NCBI RefSeq assembly: GCF_036321535.1
Contig: NC_087437.1
Span: 75,766,001-75,830,000 of the forward strand
Length of the DNA stretch: 64,000 bases
Direction of reading: 5' to 3'
Source of the DNA: Camelus dromedarius
Taxonomy: Eukaryota
Positions 25,136 through 37,259 of the stretch are shown here, one piece after another. The notes under the pieces were generated by a model. The model saw only the letters and a list, made by a program, of their open reading frames with translations. It did not search any database and had not been told where the DNA came from. Both the position numbers and the translations under genes were made by a program. How positions within the stretch are numbered: position 1 is the first letter of the stretch; each line of letters starts with the position of its first letter.

Positions 25136-25754
25136 TGTAGCAGTAGTCAGGACACCTACAGCAGGACCCTGCCAGCCCTCTCGGGTACAAAGGCCTCCCT
25201 GTTTCTTGTCTGCAGAAAAAAAGCTCCAGCCTCTCAGACTTTCCCTGAGTTCTGAAGGGCGGATTTAAACAGTGTTACTAATTAAGGAAGTGAGGGGATG
25301 CAGGGACAAAGGAAAAGCAGTCAATAGTGCAGCAGTAAAACAGAGCCCTAGTTCCTCCTCACTGGGTGTACTTAATCTGATGCTTATCTCTGAGTTCTTC
25401 TACAGGAACTAAGGCCCCACCCAGGTGGAGGATGGTAACTGCAAGCTGAGCGCAAACACTAGACTCCAGACTGGTTGGAATCAGAAGACTGATGATTGAA
25501 ATTCCTGTAAACTACCTGGTTTACCTCATCACCAACCAATCAGAAGAAAGTCACACATCCTGCAACCCTCCCCCCACCGCCCAATATTGCCTTTAAAAAT
25601 TCTTCCCTGGAGATCCTCAGGGTGTTCGGGTCTTTGGGGCACAAGTCGCCTATCCTTGCTTGTCTCTTGCAATAAACCTTTCTCTGCTCCAAACTCTTAC
25701 ATTTTGGTTTGTTTGGCCTCACTGTGTGTCAGGCACAGGAATTTGGGTTTGACA
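25136..25754 (+). mobile_element. ERV1 solo LTR of the cetartiodactyl MER41 type, inserted in an L2 tail
   Basis: TG..CA ends, near-TSD acta/actg, CCAAT 25536, tttaaaaa 25592, AATAAA 25671. The U5 gcaataaacctttctctgctccaaact..ggtttgtttggcctcactgtg matches my memory of MER41_BT/MER41_Vpa-type LTRs. Confidence 0.75.
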
Positions 25755-26220
25755 ACTGACACTCAATAAATATTTGATTTAAAATATTTACACTTATTCG
25801 AATGCTTTTGGCTGGAGAGGAATCGATAATTCACTTGTGCCTTCCTTATGAAGGAATCCCTTCTGTCCATGTGCCCCTGCCAGCCTGGCCAGGAGTGGAC
25901 ACCTGAGTCATGGTCAGCCTATGACCTTGAGGTTAATTATGGATGGGGCTCTTCCCAACAAAAATGATCTCTGCTGGATAATATCTATTTCAACCTGTCA
26001 GATCCTCTCTTATGTAGAGTCTGAAAATGAGACGTTCAGAGAAAGTCATCAGTCAGTAGCAGGACGGAGGCCACATGATACACAGAAAGAAGACAGGAGG
26101 CAAAAACTATCAACCAGAAAAGGCAGAGTAAAGTCAAAAGTCAAGAAAGGAGACACTGAAACAGAGAGTACTGAGTTACCATCGCAGAAAATCCTAGGAC
26201 AGAGAAGCTGTGACTTCTGG

Positions 26221-26370
26221 CAGGGCTGGCTTCATGGGTGTGTGACCTGTGCAGTCTCTCAGCCTGAGCTCAGAAAAACCCCCACCATCTATCATCATCT
26301 TGAACTCCTTGATAACTTGTTAAAAGAGGGACTCTGCACTTTTATTTTGTACTGGGCTCTGCAAGTCATG
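26221..26370. mobile_element. MER91A-like hAT-Tip100 MITE
   Basis: cagggctggcttcatgggtgtgtgacctgtgcagtc..tttattttgtactgggctctgcaa. Confidence 0.75.
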
Positions 26371-27547
26371 ACAATGACGACAATGATTCCTATTGAAAAA
26401 AGAAGCAGAGCTGGGGACATGGGCAGATTTGAGATTGAGAGGGACTAGACTTGTCGCCTCCACCCCTGCCATCCTTAGTTCTCCAGACCCACCAATTGTA
26501 GCCTGTGTAGGGTTTTGTCCCCTGCCTCCAGGGTAGTCTGCTTAGAACACAAGCCACATCACTCCATTTAAAACCCTCTAATGGCTCCCAACACTCTTAG
26601 GTCAATGCCTGCGTGATCATGAACTTGGCATTTTCCAATTCTCCCATCCTTGTCACAGAGACAACTTAAGGACAAGTTTGGAGCAATTCTATTGGAGCAA
26701 CTTCTGTAAGATAAATAAAAATATAACAGAACACCAAAAGATTACCAGAGAAGTATCTCTGCTCAGGGACTGCTGCATGCTTTTGGAAAGCTTAACACCC
26801 TTAGGGTGAGGGGCAGGGGAACCATGACCCTCAGGAGTGGTGGGGAGAAAATGAGACCTCCCGCAGGGCTACGCTGGAGGTAAAAAAGATAATGGCTGGA
26901 CCTGAGGTCAGTTGAGAGGCACAATGTGAAGCAGGAAGATCCTAGTTACTGTAGAACGTCTGCTTGGCTGAGCTGTATGTGATGCTTGGGGTCAGATCTA
27001 AATTAGGACGGTGCTATAAACGAGCACAGCCTCCTCTTCTGCACTTTTCCCAGGCGGAGCTCAGCCTCTCATGTAAACGAACGTTGAGTAAATATTTAAA
27101 GAACAAAGCTTTAAAGAGTGACAAGTTATTGAATCAGAGGGCTGGACAACATGTTTCCGTCCAAACCCCTTGTTCTTTTTTCCCTGTCGGCTGGCTTGCT
27201 CACTGTTTCTCTCCACATCACCCTTTCTTCCACAACTGGAAAAAATTACCTCCAGGACTTATCAGAGGCTCTTTTCTCTGTCTAGAACGTGCTTACTTCT
27301 TCTGCATGTGTGGTCCAATCAGCTGTGGCCAGGACAGCAGGTTCAGATGGACAGGAAGGATTGCATGGATGGCAGGTACAAGGCAAGATAAACTTCTCTC
27401 CAATTCCGAAAGGAAGACTGCAGAACTACAAAGCATAGGAAACAGGATGGAATCTGGGTTCTCGCTCTGAGGCATCTCTACGGACTGCAGGCTTCTCAGT
27501 GATGGAGATTGTGTCTTCTCCTTCTCTCTCTGCCCTCCTGTTCCTGG

Positions 27548-27790
27548 CAGTGGCTAAGAGCACAGACAGAAGAGTTGGAGGCTGGTGTTCAATTCCCAGC
27601 CTCACCACTTAATGCTTATGTGTCCCCTGGGCATTGTTTTGCTTCGTTTTGTTTTTGCTTTCTTTTCTTTTTTAAAAAGTCATTTCTGTGCCTGGTTCCT
27701 CATCCTTAAAGTTAGGATAAGAGCAGTGCAATACCAACATTAGAGCCGACGGGATTAGATGAGAATTCATTACCTGGCACCATAACTGCA
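27548..27790 (+). mobile_element. MIR SINE
   Basis: gtggctaagagcacagac..ttcaattcccagcctcaccactta..ctgtgcctggttcctcatc..ggattagatgaga. Confidence 0.7.
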
Positions 27791-29479
27791 TGAGATATTT
27801 TAATCACTAATACGATGTCTGGTACTTGGTATTCTTCCGAACCCCTCAATTCAATAAGTATTTGTAGATGGTCCTTGCACTGAATTGAATGCTAAGTCCC
27901 AATGCTAGGCTTCTATCACTATATTCTCACCTCTGTCTATCCTCACTTACCCCTTGCCTGAACTATCTGAAGTCAAGAGAAGAATGAAAGGAATCATCCA
28001 AATTCTCCATTCTTAGATCCTGTAAAATATTTTGAATTGCTACCAGAAGCAGAATGTTTTCTGATGGAATATTCTATTATAGACTCTAAAAATATTCGTC
28101 TACCATACTTAGTAAAAGAGTTCCAGTCTGCAAAGCAGGTGAAAGATATCCTGAAGTTCTCTGTTGAGTGGAGTGTCAGTTTGTGGGAATTTATTGTCTG
28201 CAGTTCATGAGGCCCCAGGGTCGGGATGTTGGTATTTCAACGTTCGCAAGAATAACTCTGAGAGCAAAGTTGACATATGTAAGAATGAGTGGGCCCCTGT
28301 GCTGCCTTTTTGTTCTTCCAGAAAGACCATAGCATATTAATGAGAGCTACTCCTGATTCTTCCTCAGCGGCTGCCACTTCAGTCTGAACACAGCATCCTG
28401 CAGTCCTCCAGGTGGTCCAGTTGGTGATAATAAAATGAATTTTAACCAGGTCCTTCCTTCCTTCCCTTTTCCCTTTTCCCTCCCTTCTTTCTTTTTCCCT
28501 TTCCTTTATTAATTCACTCAAGAGCATTTAAGCCCATCTACCAAGGGCCAGGCAGTTAGGGCAGTGGGAGGGGGCTCTGGGGCCCTTCTGAGCTAGAGAG
28601 CCACCAGGCCCCCACAGCCTGAACCACAGCTGCTCTGGGGACTCTCCTGGCCCTTCCCTTCTATGTGTCTATACTAGGAATGGCTTTGCTTTCAGGTGAA
28701 ATCAGCTGTCACCTCCTGGTGGGATGTGGAAGGATGTTATGCCCCTCTCTGGGCTTGGTAAGGATCAGTGATCACCTCTGGCTTGCACATGTGGAAGTCT
28801 CGTCTCCAAGCAGAAAAGCTTGTCCCAGTCTCAACGCTCCAGAGGCCAAGCTGGAATTGAAACCGAGGACTTGGCATCTCTAAAATATGTGCTTGTCCCA
28901 CAATGGTAAGGAAACTCCCAGAGCCCTTCTTAGGTCAATCTTCCAACCCGAAAATACCATCTTCACACCGATGCCTGAAATTCCTCCACCAGAGAAAGGT
29001 TACTATCTTAGGACAAAATGTGGTTCTTTCCTCATGCTCCTCTTTCTAAAATAAACACTGAGCAAGCTTTGGGAAAAAATACTCATGATAAAGAATAGGG
29101 GACCAGACACTTCTTAAAGTGGTCTATGCTGTTTAAATCATGAATATGTCCATATCTTGAGTTTTTTCATACCTTAAACAAATACATAATAAAAAGTTTT
29201 TTAATTTTTTAAGAAGCAAATGCTCCTCAGGAGAGGTCACCTATTCAATCAGTAACACTTAAGAGTGTATACTTTTATTGGGAAATTTTCATTGTAATGG
29301 GAGAAATGAGGGCAGCGGATAAACTGTGGATGTCCACCAAAGTTTGAGATGGAGAGGCAGGGATTATGGTGCTAAATATAAACATCATGTCCTTCAGGAT
29401 TTTATCTTGTACCAACTCTTCTAAGATATTATAAAACATCCTGCCTTCCCCAACCCTAATTCACATTTCCACGGGATGT

Positions 29480-29800
29480 TAGCTCAGAGCATCCTCTCTG
29501 GGTGGAATACCTTCGTACCACTCGATGTAGATTCCATGCCCTTCTTGCAACCTTTGCAGATCTCCTCAGTCAGAGCTCATCAGTGCCCCTCACTTTTCCC
29601 GTACTGTGCAGTGACCTCTCTACTGTGAAGCCCTTATTGTATTAGCACTTGTCCTAAAGTAAATTAGGCACTCACCTGTTTCCCCTTCTAAGTTGGGATT
29701 ACTCAGGAATCAAAGCTCATTAATGTGTGGCTCTCCCACAGGGTCCAGCTCAGTTCTGTGTACACAGTAGGGGCTGAGTACATGTTTAAAGACTTAAATG
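29480..29800 (+). mobile_element. L2 3' region
   Basis: Diverged L2 end ..tcccacagggtccagctcagttctgtgtacacagtaggggctgagtacatgttt. Confidence 0.45.
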
Positions 29801-32149
29801 CCTAAAATATGGTCTTCCTAGCTTGAGCAAATCTTTAGTAGGAATTTCTCCATAAAATGTCTGTCATGAAGAGTTTTTCAGTTTGAGCCATTTGCAGGAT
29901 TGCTTTGGCCTTGATGAATTTTCTTTGATAGAAAAATAAAAAGTAACCCAAATGCTCTTTCCTGTGATAAGAGTCATAATTCCAAGAGATGGAGCTGTTC
30001 ATAGGCAAACGTTTTGAATTCTGTACTATGTTCTGAGCCAATTAGAAGCAATTGGATTTATGAATTTTTTATTCTCCTGATTGATTTTCTATTTAGTTTC
30101 TCCTGAATAAGTACTTAAAAATCTTTCCATAGCATTCACCCTTTTCGTTGATTTCTAGCCTTAGAGAGCTCACCTTTTAGCAATTATATAGGCCCTTCAC
30201 ACTTTTTTTTTGTATTCCACTTCTTTTAAAGTAGTTTATTGAAATCCTCTCCAGATTAAAAACAAAAAACTTGAAATCATTAAGCAGATCACTGTTCAGA
30301 ACCACATTAATTCTTCCATTTTTCTCCTTAAAGGCGATGACTGGTGGACAGCTTAGAATAGCAATGAGGTATGGTATTTATCTATAATACCTCTTCCATG
30401 ATGAATAACTAATTTACTCAAGATCTCAGAACATTTCAATCATGGTAGAATGAGGTTTCTGATTTGGGTCTTGGTTAATTTAGAAATGGCCTCTTTCCCT
30501 GGGGACATTGAGAGCCACTAAGGCCGGCTGGTGATAGGGCCTGAATTTGCAAAGCTGGGAATGTGAGCAAGAGCATCTGAATTCCTGGCTTGAAAAATAG
30601 CCTGTGAGGTCTGGGGCCTTGCCCAGCTCCACTTTCTCCAAGGATTTCAGCCCTTGTCCCAAGGATCCTCTCTCTGCCCTAATCACTGCCACAGCTGTCC
30701 TGATGGCTTTAGTGTCTGCAAGGAATTGGACTTCGTCAGCACTCAGAGCTGTTGAAGTATGAAGCACTCAAATTCTAGGAATCCCCTCCTTGGCCACAGC
30801 CTTGACCATGGCTTCAAGAAGCGGTGTTCTTAAACTACGTCACAGCATCCACCATTGATTCCTTACTCACAGAGGAAGAGCTGTAGGGTCCTAGTGCTGG
30901 CCAGGCCCTTGGAGAGTATCCAGCTCGAGGATTTTCCCTTTCCTCAACTGCAATCATGTGTGAACACGCCATGAGAAAGAACTGTCAAGAACAGAGCTGC
31001 TCAGACTGAAGCGGGTGTGTAGACCCCATCTACCCATTGTGTCTCAGGTTGTGGTTTTATAGATCACAGAACAGACTTCTAAACGCATGGGATTTTGAAC
31101 AAACATGATTCTGAGTCCCAGGCTTTCAATCCTGTCTATGACGCAGATCCTCTGCCCCCAGCAAAATCCCCCTTCATAGGCACCTCTTCCCCAGCAGTCT
31201 TGGGAGGCTCCAGGGAGTTTCTCTCATTTGCTCATGAATGAAATCGTTCAGCTCCCACATGGGTCCACTGTGCCGTCTCCACTCTGTTCCCCTCTCTCCC
31301 TGCCCTTGCTCCCCGCTGGGCCCCACGCAGGCATAGCTGCTGCCTTTGCTGGGCACAGCAGCCCCCTCGCAGGCACACTCAGCTAGAGCAGTGGCAATGG
31401 GGAGACCCTGAGGTTGACCTGCCTCCTGTACGCATTCCTTCTTTGTTAAAAGGGTACCAAAGCAAGTTCACTTCTTAGAGAATCATTGATGAAAATAGCT
31501 TCTTTATATTTGCTCACAGCCTTCTTTCTCCCAGGACCTGAATATTGAGTCAGTAGAAGGCTGGGTTGAAGACCCCCATCTGTGTTACTAAGAATTAAAG
31601 CTTTGGTCTTGGGGCAGGTTTATTGGCTAGATTTTGCCCTCTGTGACGAGCTCCCATCTTCAATTTCTCAGGCAAATTGTTTCTTCTGGCAGTTCACTAG
31701 ATGCATGGACTCTCAGCAGTGAAGACTTAGACATAAGCTGGGTCATCTCCCCAGGCCCAATCTCTGGACTCCTCCCTAATCACCCCTGCCCTTAAACATA
31801 CACTAGGGGGAAAAAAAAGGTAAGTAACTCAATGTAAACTGATTGATTTTTATCAAAATGAGAGATCAGGGTATTTTGAGAGAAGACAAGTTTCTTTTTT
31901 TTTCTAAAGGTGAAAATTGTATTTATCATGGCTATGCATCAGTGAGAACTGATACTTGAGCAAATAATGTAAAATTTTGATCCAGCAAACCAATCACCAT
32001 GCAGAATCTGAAGAGAGCACAAGGATATAGCTAGTTACTAGGAAATATGGGAAACCTACACACACACACACACACTCTCTTCCCTAAACCAGAGAGGGAA
32101 AGGAGGGACCTTTCTCATTCCCACTTTCTCCCTTTAGGATTGGCTTAAG

Positions 32150-33030
32150 GCTTTGCAACTTCTAAAATAATAAAATATATATATATATATACCTTGGCCT
32201 CTGCTCCAACCCCTCACCCCCCTACCCCATCCTTCACCCCCGTTCCTGACACAGAGCTCCTGAAGCTCTGATACATTCCTAAGTGAGAAAGCACTAGGAG
32301 CATCTTCTGTTCTAATGAGGAGGCTGTGGGTGGCTCCTGGATGGGCACTGGTCACCAGAACACCCAGCCATGATCAGAAACTCGGAATTTTCAGATTCAC
32401 TCTCCATTCACCAAAGAGGGAAGGGGGACTGGAAATGAAGTTAATAACTGATAATGCTTATGTGATTAAACCTCCATAAAAAGCCTAAAAATGTGCATTT
32501 GGGGGAGCTTCTGAAAGGGGGATGCACTCCAACTCCACGGGGACAGGAGTTCCAGCACTCAGAACCCTCCCACACACCTCGCCTGTGTCTCGCTTCATCT
32601 GACTGCTCATCTCTATCCTTTGTCATATCCTTTAATAAACTGGTAAATGTAAGTAAATATTCCCCTGAGTTCCGTGAGCTGTTCTGTGAAAACACTGAAT
32701 CTAAGGGGGAGGAGTCATGAGAACCTTCAACTTGTAGACACAATGGACGGAAGTTGTGGGTAACCTGGGGAACCTGCTACTTGGATCGGCATCTGAAGTG
32801 GGCGTGGGAGGGCAGTCTAGTGGGACTGGGCTCTTAACCTGCAGGATCTGACATTGGCTCCCGGTTGACAGCGTCAGAATTGAGCTAAATTGTAGGACAC
32901 CCAGCTGGCGTCGTAGAATTTCCTGGTGTGGGTAAAACCCATACATCTGGTGTCAAAAGTGTTGTGAATGTGGTAATAGTGTGAGTAAAGGAGAAACGCA
33001 GGAGGGGGACCGGAGGTTTTTCCAACACAC
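32150..33030 (+). mobile_element. ERVL solo LTR (MER21-like)
   Basis: ttcctgacacagagctcct..ctggtcaccagaa..aacctccataaaa..aataaactggtaaatgtaagtaa..ccctgagttccgtgagctgttct..gtcagaattgagctaaattgtaggacacccagctggcgtc. Confidence 0.8.
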
Positions 33031-33187
33031 TGTTCAAAATGTGGACCACAAACCAGCCACCCAGCATCACCTGGGAGCTTATTAGAAATGCAGAATCTCA
33101 GCCTCCACTCTGGGGCTGCTGAACCAGAATTTGCATCTGAGCACTGTAGGAAATCCCTACACACTTTAGAGCCGTGAAGCAGTGCCT
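33030..33187. mobile_element. MER5A hAT-Charlie MITE
   Basis: cagcatcacctgggagcttattagaaatgcagaatctcagcc..ctgctgaaccagaatttgcat. Confidence 0.8.
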
Positions 33188-34485
33188 TAGATGTTATCAG
33201 CACTTACACATATAGAAAATACATCTCACATCCTTTCAGAGCTCATATGTGCACAGGAAGAAAGAAGTCTGGGGGAACACGGGGATAAAGAGAAAAGTGT
33301 TTAAGAGGAATAGTGGGAATGTTCGAGGGGAAGGAAAAAACTCCAAACTTCTCCATTTTGCCAAAGATTGGCTCTGGGCACCAGCCTTTACAGTTGAAGC
33401 CAGGAGAAACATCATCCAAGTGTACAGTTTCGAATGGGAACTGTGGGGTTTTCGCCAACTCCAGTACTAGGCTGAGCTCCGGAGCAGACCAGGACCCCAG
33501 CTTCCCTGTTCCTGACAGATTACAGTCCCAGAAGTACTGCTTAAGACATTGATAACTGACTTGGCAAGAATAAGACATAGTCGCTGTGGCTTTCTCCTTG
33601 GTTGGAATCCATGAATGCTCTGCCTCAAGATTAATTTCCAGCCACTGACAACAATGTTCAAAACATATAAGCAGGAAGAAAATCCTAACTTTAGTAGGTA
33701 ACAATAAAACAACACAAATGTCTTTCTGTTTACACCTCTTTGTGCTAAGGCAGTTGGATAGCTGCGGAATAGAAGGAGGTAAGTGCCTGGCTTCCCACAA
33801 CAATGCTTTCTCAATTGCAGAAGATGGGTGAAGGTCAGCAACCAGAGCTTCTGAAAGTGAGGCACATCTCTCTCCTGGGCCCTTCTGTTCCTACATGTGC
33901 TGTCCTGATGATGGATTTCTCACTGGGGAAGCACCAGATAATGGCGCTGCAGGAACAGGGGAGAAACCTGCACAGGTGGGTCTTAGCGGCACCTTGTCTG
34001 CCTTGCCCTGTGTCCGAGATCGGGCAGGGAAAGAGGTGGACTCACACTCTGCTTTGGATAAGTACCACTGCCTCGTATTCTTTCCTTTCCCATTCAGGGA
34101 ATCAGTTTTGGTGACCCAGGAAATCCAGGGCTTACAGCCAGATGCTGTGCCTTGGACATGGGCCTCCGCTTGGCCAAACCACCATGTGTGACAACACAGA
34201 ATTTCAAGTGGAATAGGGGCGATGCATCCCTCGCTGCTCTCAGAGCTCTGGAGACAGGCTGCTATTAACCACACTGGCCACATCTATCTGGCTCTTCTCA
34301 TTTGGCCACGGCTCATAGTCACAGAGGCATAGCCAGGGTCTCCTGATAAATCAAATCCAACAGTTCTATGATAAGGACGACACAGGTGAATGGGGGACCA
34401 AAGAGTGCAGTCTGAGCCATGTGTCCGCGATATTAAAAAAGTGGAGGAAGGAAATGTCTGCTGACTGGCAATCAAGGGCCAGAGA

Positions 34486-34643
34486 CTTTCTCCTTTCCTC
34501 TTTCTTTCTTTCTTTCTTTTTCTTTCTTCCTTTCTTTCTTCCTTCCTTCCTTTCTTTCTTTCTTTCTTTCTTTCCTTCCTTCCTTCCTTCTTCCTTCCTT
34601 CCTTCCTTTTCTTTCTTTCTCATCTCTCTCTCTATATATATAT
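34486..34643. repeat. Compound (TTTC)n/(TTCC)n/(TA)n microsatellite
   Basis: Directly visible. Confidence 0.95.
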
Positions 34644-34649
34644 AATCTT

Positions 34650-34795
34650 ATTAAACTTCCACCATAGCCCTATGTGGAAGGAATTTAGTATTATCCATGT
34701 TTCCAGAGGTGGCAACTGAAGCTCAGAGAGGTTAAGAAATGTGCCCAAGGTCACATAGCTTGTAGAAGTGAAGCTAGTATAGAAATTCAGGTCTA
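34650..34795 (-). mobile_element. MIR SINE
   Basis: aactgaagctcagagaggttaagaaatgtgcccaaggtcacatagcttgta. Confidence 0.8.
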
Positions 34796-35060
34796 GGAAA
34801 GTGGCAGAAACAAATAGAATAGAGAGGAAGATAAATTGTAAGGAACTGTGTCAGGGGTCAGAGAAGATAAGAGGAAGAAGAAAAAAGAGAAAGAAAAAAG
34901 AATAAGAGGAAAAATTCAGGAGCAGAAAGCAACTGTCTTCACAACAGAGTTCCTGCGCTGGGCTCCCAGGTTTGCCCCATACAAGGCGGGTGACTTGGTA
35001 CAAGTCCTATTGTCACAGCCTCTTAATCTGTGTGGTGAGGTTACAAATGGCAGTTGGAGG

Positions 35061-35238
35061 ATGGGTGAGACTTGGAGGGCCAGGCCCCCAGAGAAAGGGA
35101 ATGAGAACATCTCCCAAATGGTGAACAGAGCTGAGAGGGACCCCCAGCTTCAGATGTGGAACCAACCTGGAGGACAACCTGCGAGTCTTGCTTAGCAGGG
35201 AATCACCCCCATGGGTGGAGGTGAGTCTACTGACCTGG
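35061..35238 (+). repeat. Copy A of a ~178-bp local direct duplication
   Basis: Aligns end to end with 36617-36793 at roughly 80% identity by eye. Confidence 0.9.
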
Positions 35239-35610
35239 CATTTGCTCCAGTGGAGACAGCAGGGAACCTGCTGCTCATCTGCCCACTTAGGTTTCAGAGT
35301 GGAAGCACATTTTCCCAAATCCTGCATGGGAATCAAGAGTAGTCAGCCCTTTCTTCCTGGACCAGGAGAAAGTCACTGAGTCATCATTATTAATGGCAGC
35401 CTGGGGAAGCCATGAGCAGTGAAAATGTGGTGAATGTTTGGGGAAGGAGGCTGGGGGAGGGGCGAAGCTCTAGAAGGAATGAAACAGGAAGTTCAACTGC
35501 CAACCCCACACAGGGGATTCACAGGACTCGATTCAGAAATCGAGGTGGGGGTACTGAAGAGGCTTTGTAGTGAAATAAGATCCAGAACGAAGAAACCAGA
35601 GGGCTATAAG

Positions 35611-35613
<3 letters not shown>

Positions 35614-35647
<34 letters not shown>
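35614..35647. repeat. (GT)n(GC)n alternating purine-pyrimidine tract
   Basis: Directly visible. Confidence 0.95.
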
Positions 35648-35992
35648 TCACATGCTTGTGCAGAACAGAGGGCCAGAAAGGAGAAAGGCTAATTTGAATA
35701 GTTTCTTTGAGGTGAGGCCAATAAAGGAGTTTTGACTCCAGAGGCTGGGGAGTTCCCGGGAGAGCTCACTAGCCTGAGCTGGAAATCAGGCCTGTCCGAG
35801 CCTATTAATGGTGCCCTACTAAATACAACCACCAAGCTGCATTTGTGAATGTCCACCTGTGCAGTGTGTGCCTCAAGGTTTCTGATTGTTTTCAGTAGTG
35901 CTGCCCAAAAGGCGCTGGAGGAAGATGCTGCAGAACAAAGGAGAAAGGCCCGGATCCCAGGATGTGCTCCTGAGAGGAGGAAGCAGAAAGCC

Positions 35993-35996
35993 TTTT

Positions 35997-36079
<83 letters not shown>

Positions 36080-36164
36080 CTCTTTCTCTCTTTCTCTCTT
36101 TCTCTCTTTCTCTCTTTCTCTCTTTCTCTCTCTCTTTCTTTCTCTCTTTCTCTCTTTCTCTCTT

Positions 36165-36219
<55 letters not shown>

Positions 36220-36288
36220 CTTTCTTTCTTTCTTCTTTCTTTCTTTCTTCTTTTTTTTTTTTTTTTTTTTTTTTGCTTTTTTCTTCCT
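35993..36288. repeat. Long compound polypyrimidine microsatellite (TTTC)n(TCTCTTTC)n(TTTC)n(T)n
   Basis: About 280 bp almost free of purines on the + strand. Confidence 0.95.
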
Positions 36289-36303
36289 CCCTCAGGAGGG
36301 AGG

Positions 36304-36932
36304 TATAGTGGGCTGAAGGGTGTCCCCAAAGATATGACCACCTCCCACTCCTCGGAACCTGTGAGTATTACCTTATGCATGAAACGGGTCTTTGTGGATT
36401 GGGTTAAGTTAAGGATCTTGAGATGAGAAGATCAGCCTGGATTATTGGGGTGGGCCCTAAATGCCATTGCAAGTCACCTTGAAAGAGTGAGGCAGAGGGG
36501 GATTAGAAGAACACACAGGAGAGAAGTCAGTGTGAAGACAGAGGTGGAGATTAGAGTCAAGTCGCCTTTGGGAAGGAAGGCCTGGAGCCACCAAAACCTG
36601 TAACAGGTGAAGAAGTATGGATGAGACTTGGAGGCCAGGTCCCACGAGAAAGAGAATAAGAACATCACCCAAACAGTGACCAGAGCTGCAAGGGACCCCA
36701 GTTTCAAATGTGGAGCCAACTTGGATGACAACCAGCAAGTCTTATTTCTCAGGGAATCAACCCCCGGGGGTGGACTTGAGTTTGCTCACCTAGAGCCTTC
36801 AGAGGGAGCTCAGCCCTGCCAGCACCTTGATATCAGACTCTGGCCTCCAGAACTGTGAGACAATACATTTCCATTGTTTGAAGTCACTAAGTGTGTGATA
36901 ATTTATTACAGCAGCCATTGGATACTCACGTA
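36304..36932 (+). mobile_element. MaLR solo LTR (MLT1B/C-like) interrupted by duplication copy B
   Basis: gtgggctgaagggtgtccccaaagatatg..ttaagttaaggatcttgagatgag..gggtgggccctaaatgcc..[insert]..tagagccttcagagggag..cagcaccttgat..ggcctccagaactgtgagacaatacatttc. Confidence 0.85.
36617..36793 (+). repeat. Copy B of the ~178-bp duplication, inside the MLT1 LTR
   Basis: atggatgagacttggaggccagg..agaacatcacccaaa..gggaccccagtttcaaatgtgga..cagggaatca..ggtgga matches copy A. Confidence 0.9.
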
Positions 36933-37259
36933 GGTTGAATGGGAAAAAGTTTCCGAGCAGAGAAACACCTCCTAGTCTTCTGACTTCCCTCTTCGGCGGA
37001 GGCTCAGGACTGGGTCCATCTGCCAGAAATGGCGTCAGCAACACCCACTCTGTGTGGACCATGGTGCGTTGTTTCAGAGGGAGGCCGAACGCACAGGGCA
37101 TGTGTGCTGCAGGGCAGATAGGGCAGGGGATTGCCACACTCCTGGGGGGTAAGGGACAAGGCATAACGCCAGGATCTCATCAAATCCCCAGCAAGCCTGT
37201 GAGCTGGAAATGGAAGTTCAGAGTTCAGCATAAGAGAAGAAGAGAAGAGACACTCAAAC

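Noticed and set aside
25921..26448. 175-aa ATG-initiated ORF
   Set aside because: Runs through a probable old LTR remnant and a MER91A MITE; no recognisable domain.
35019..35220. Possible lncRNA exon (cacAG at 35018 to GAG/GTGAGT at 35220)
   Set aside because: Good donor but weak polypyrimidine tract, no partner exons and no transcript evidence; such pairs arise by chance.
35849..36380. Long Phe/Leu/Ser-rich and Lys/Glu/Arg-rich ORFs (also 34366-34645)
   Set aside because: Translations of TTTC microsatellites that lack stop codons.
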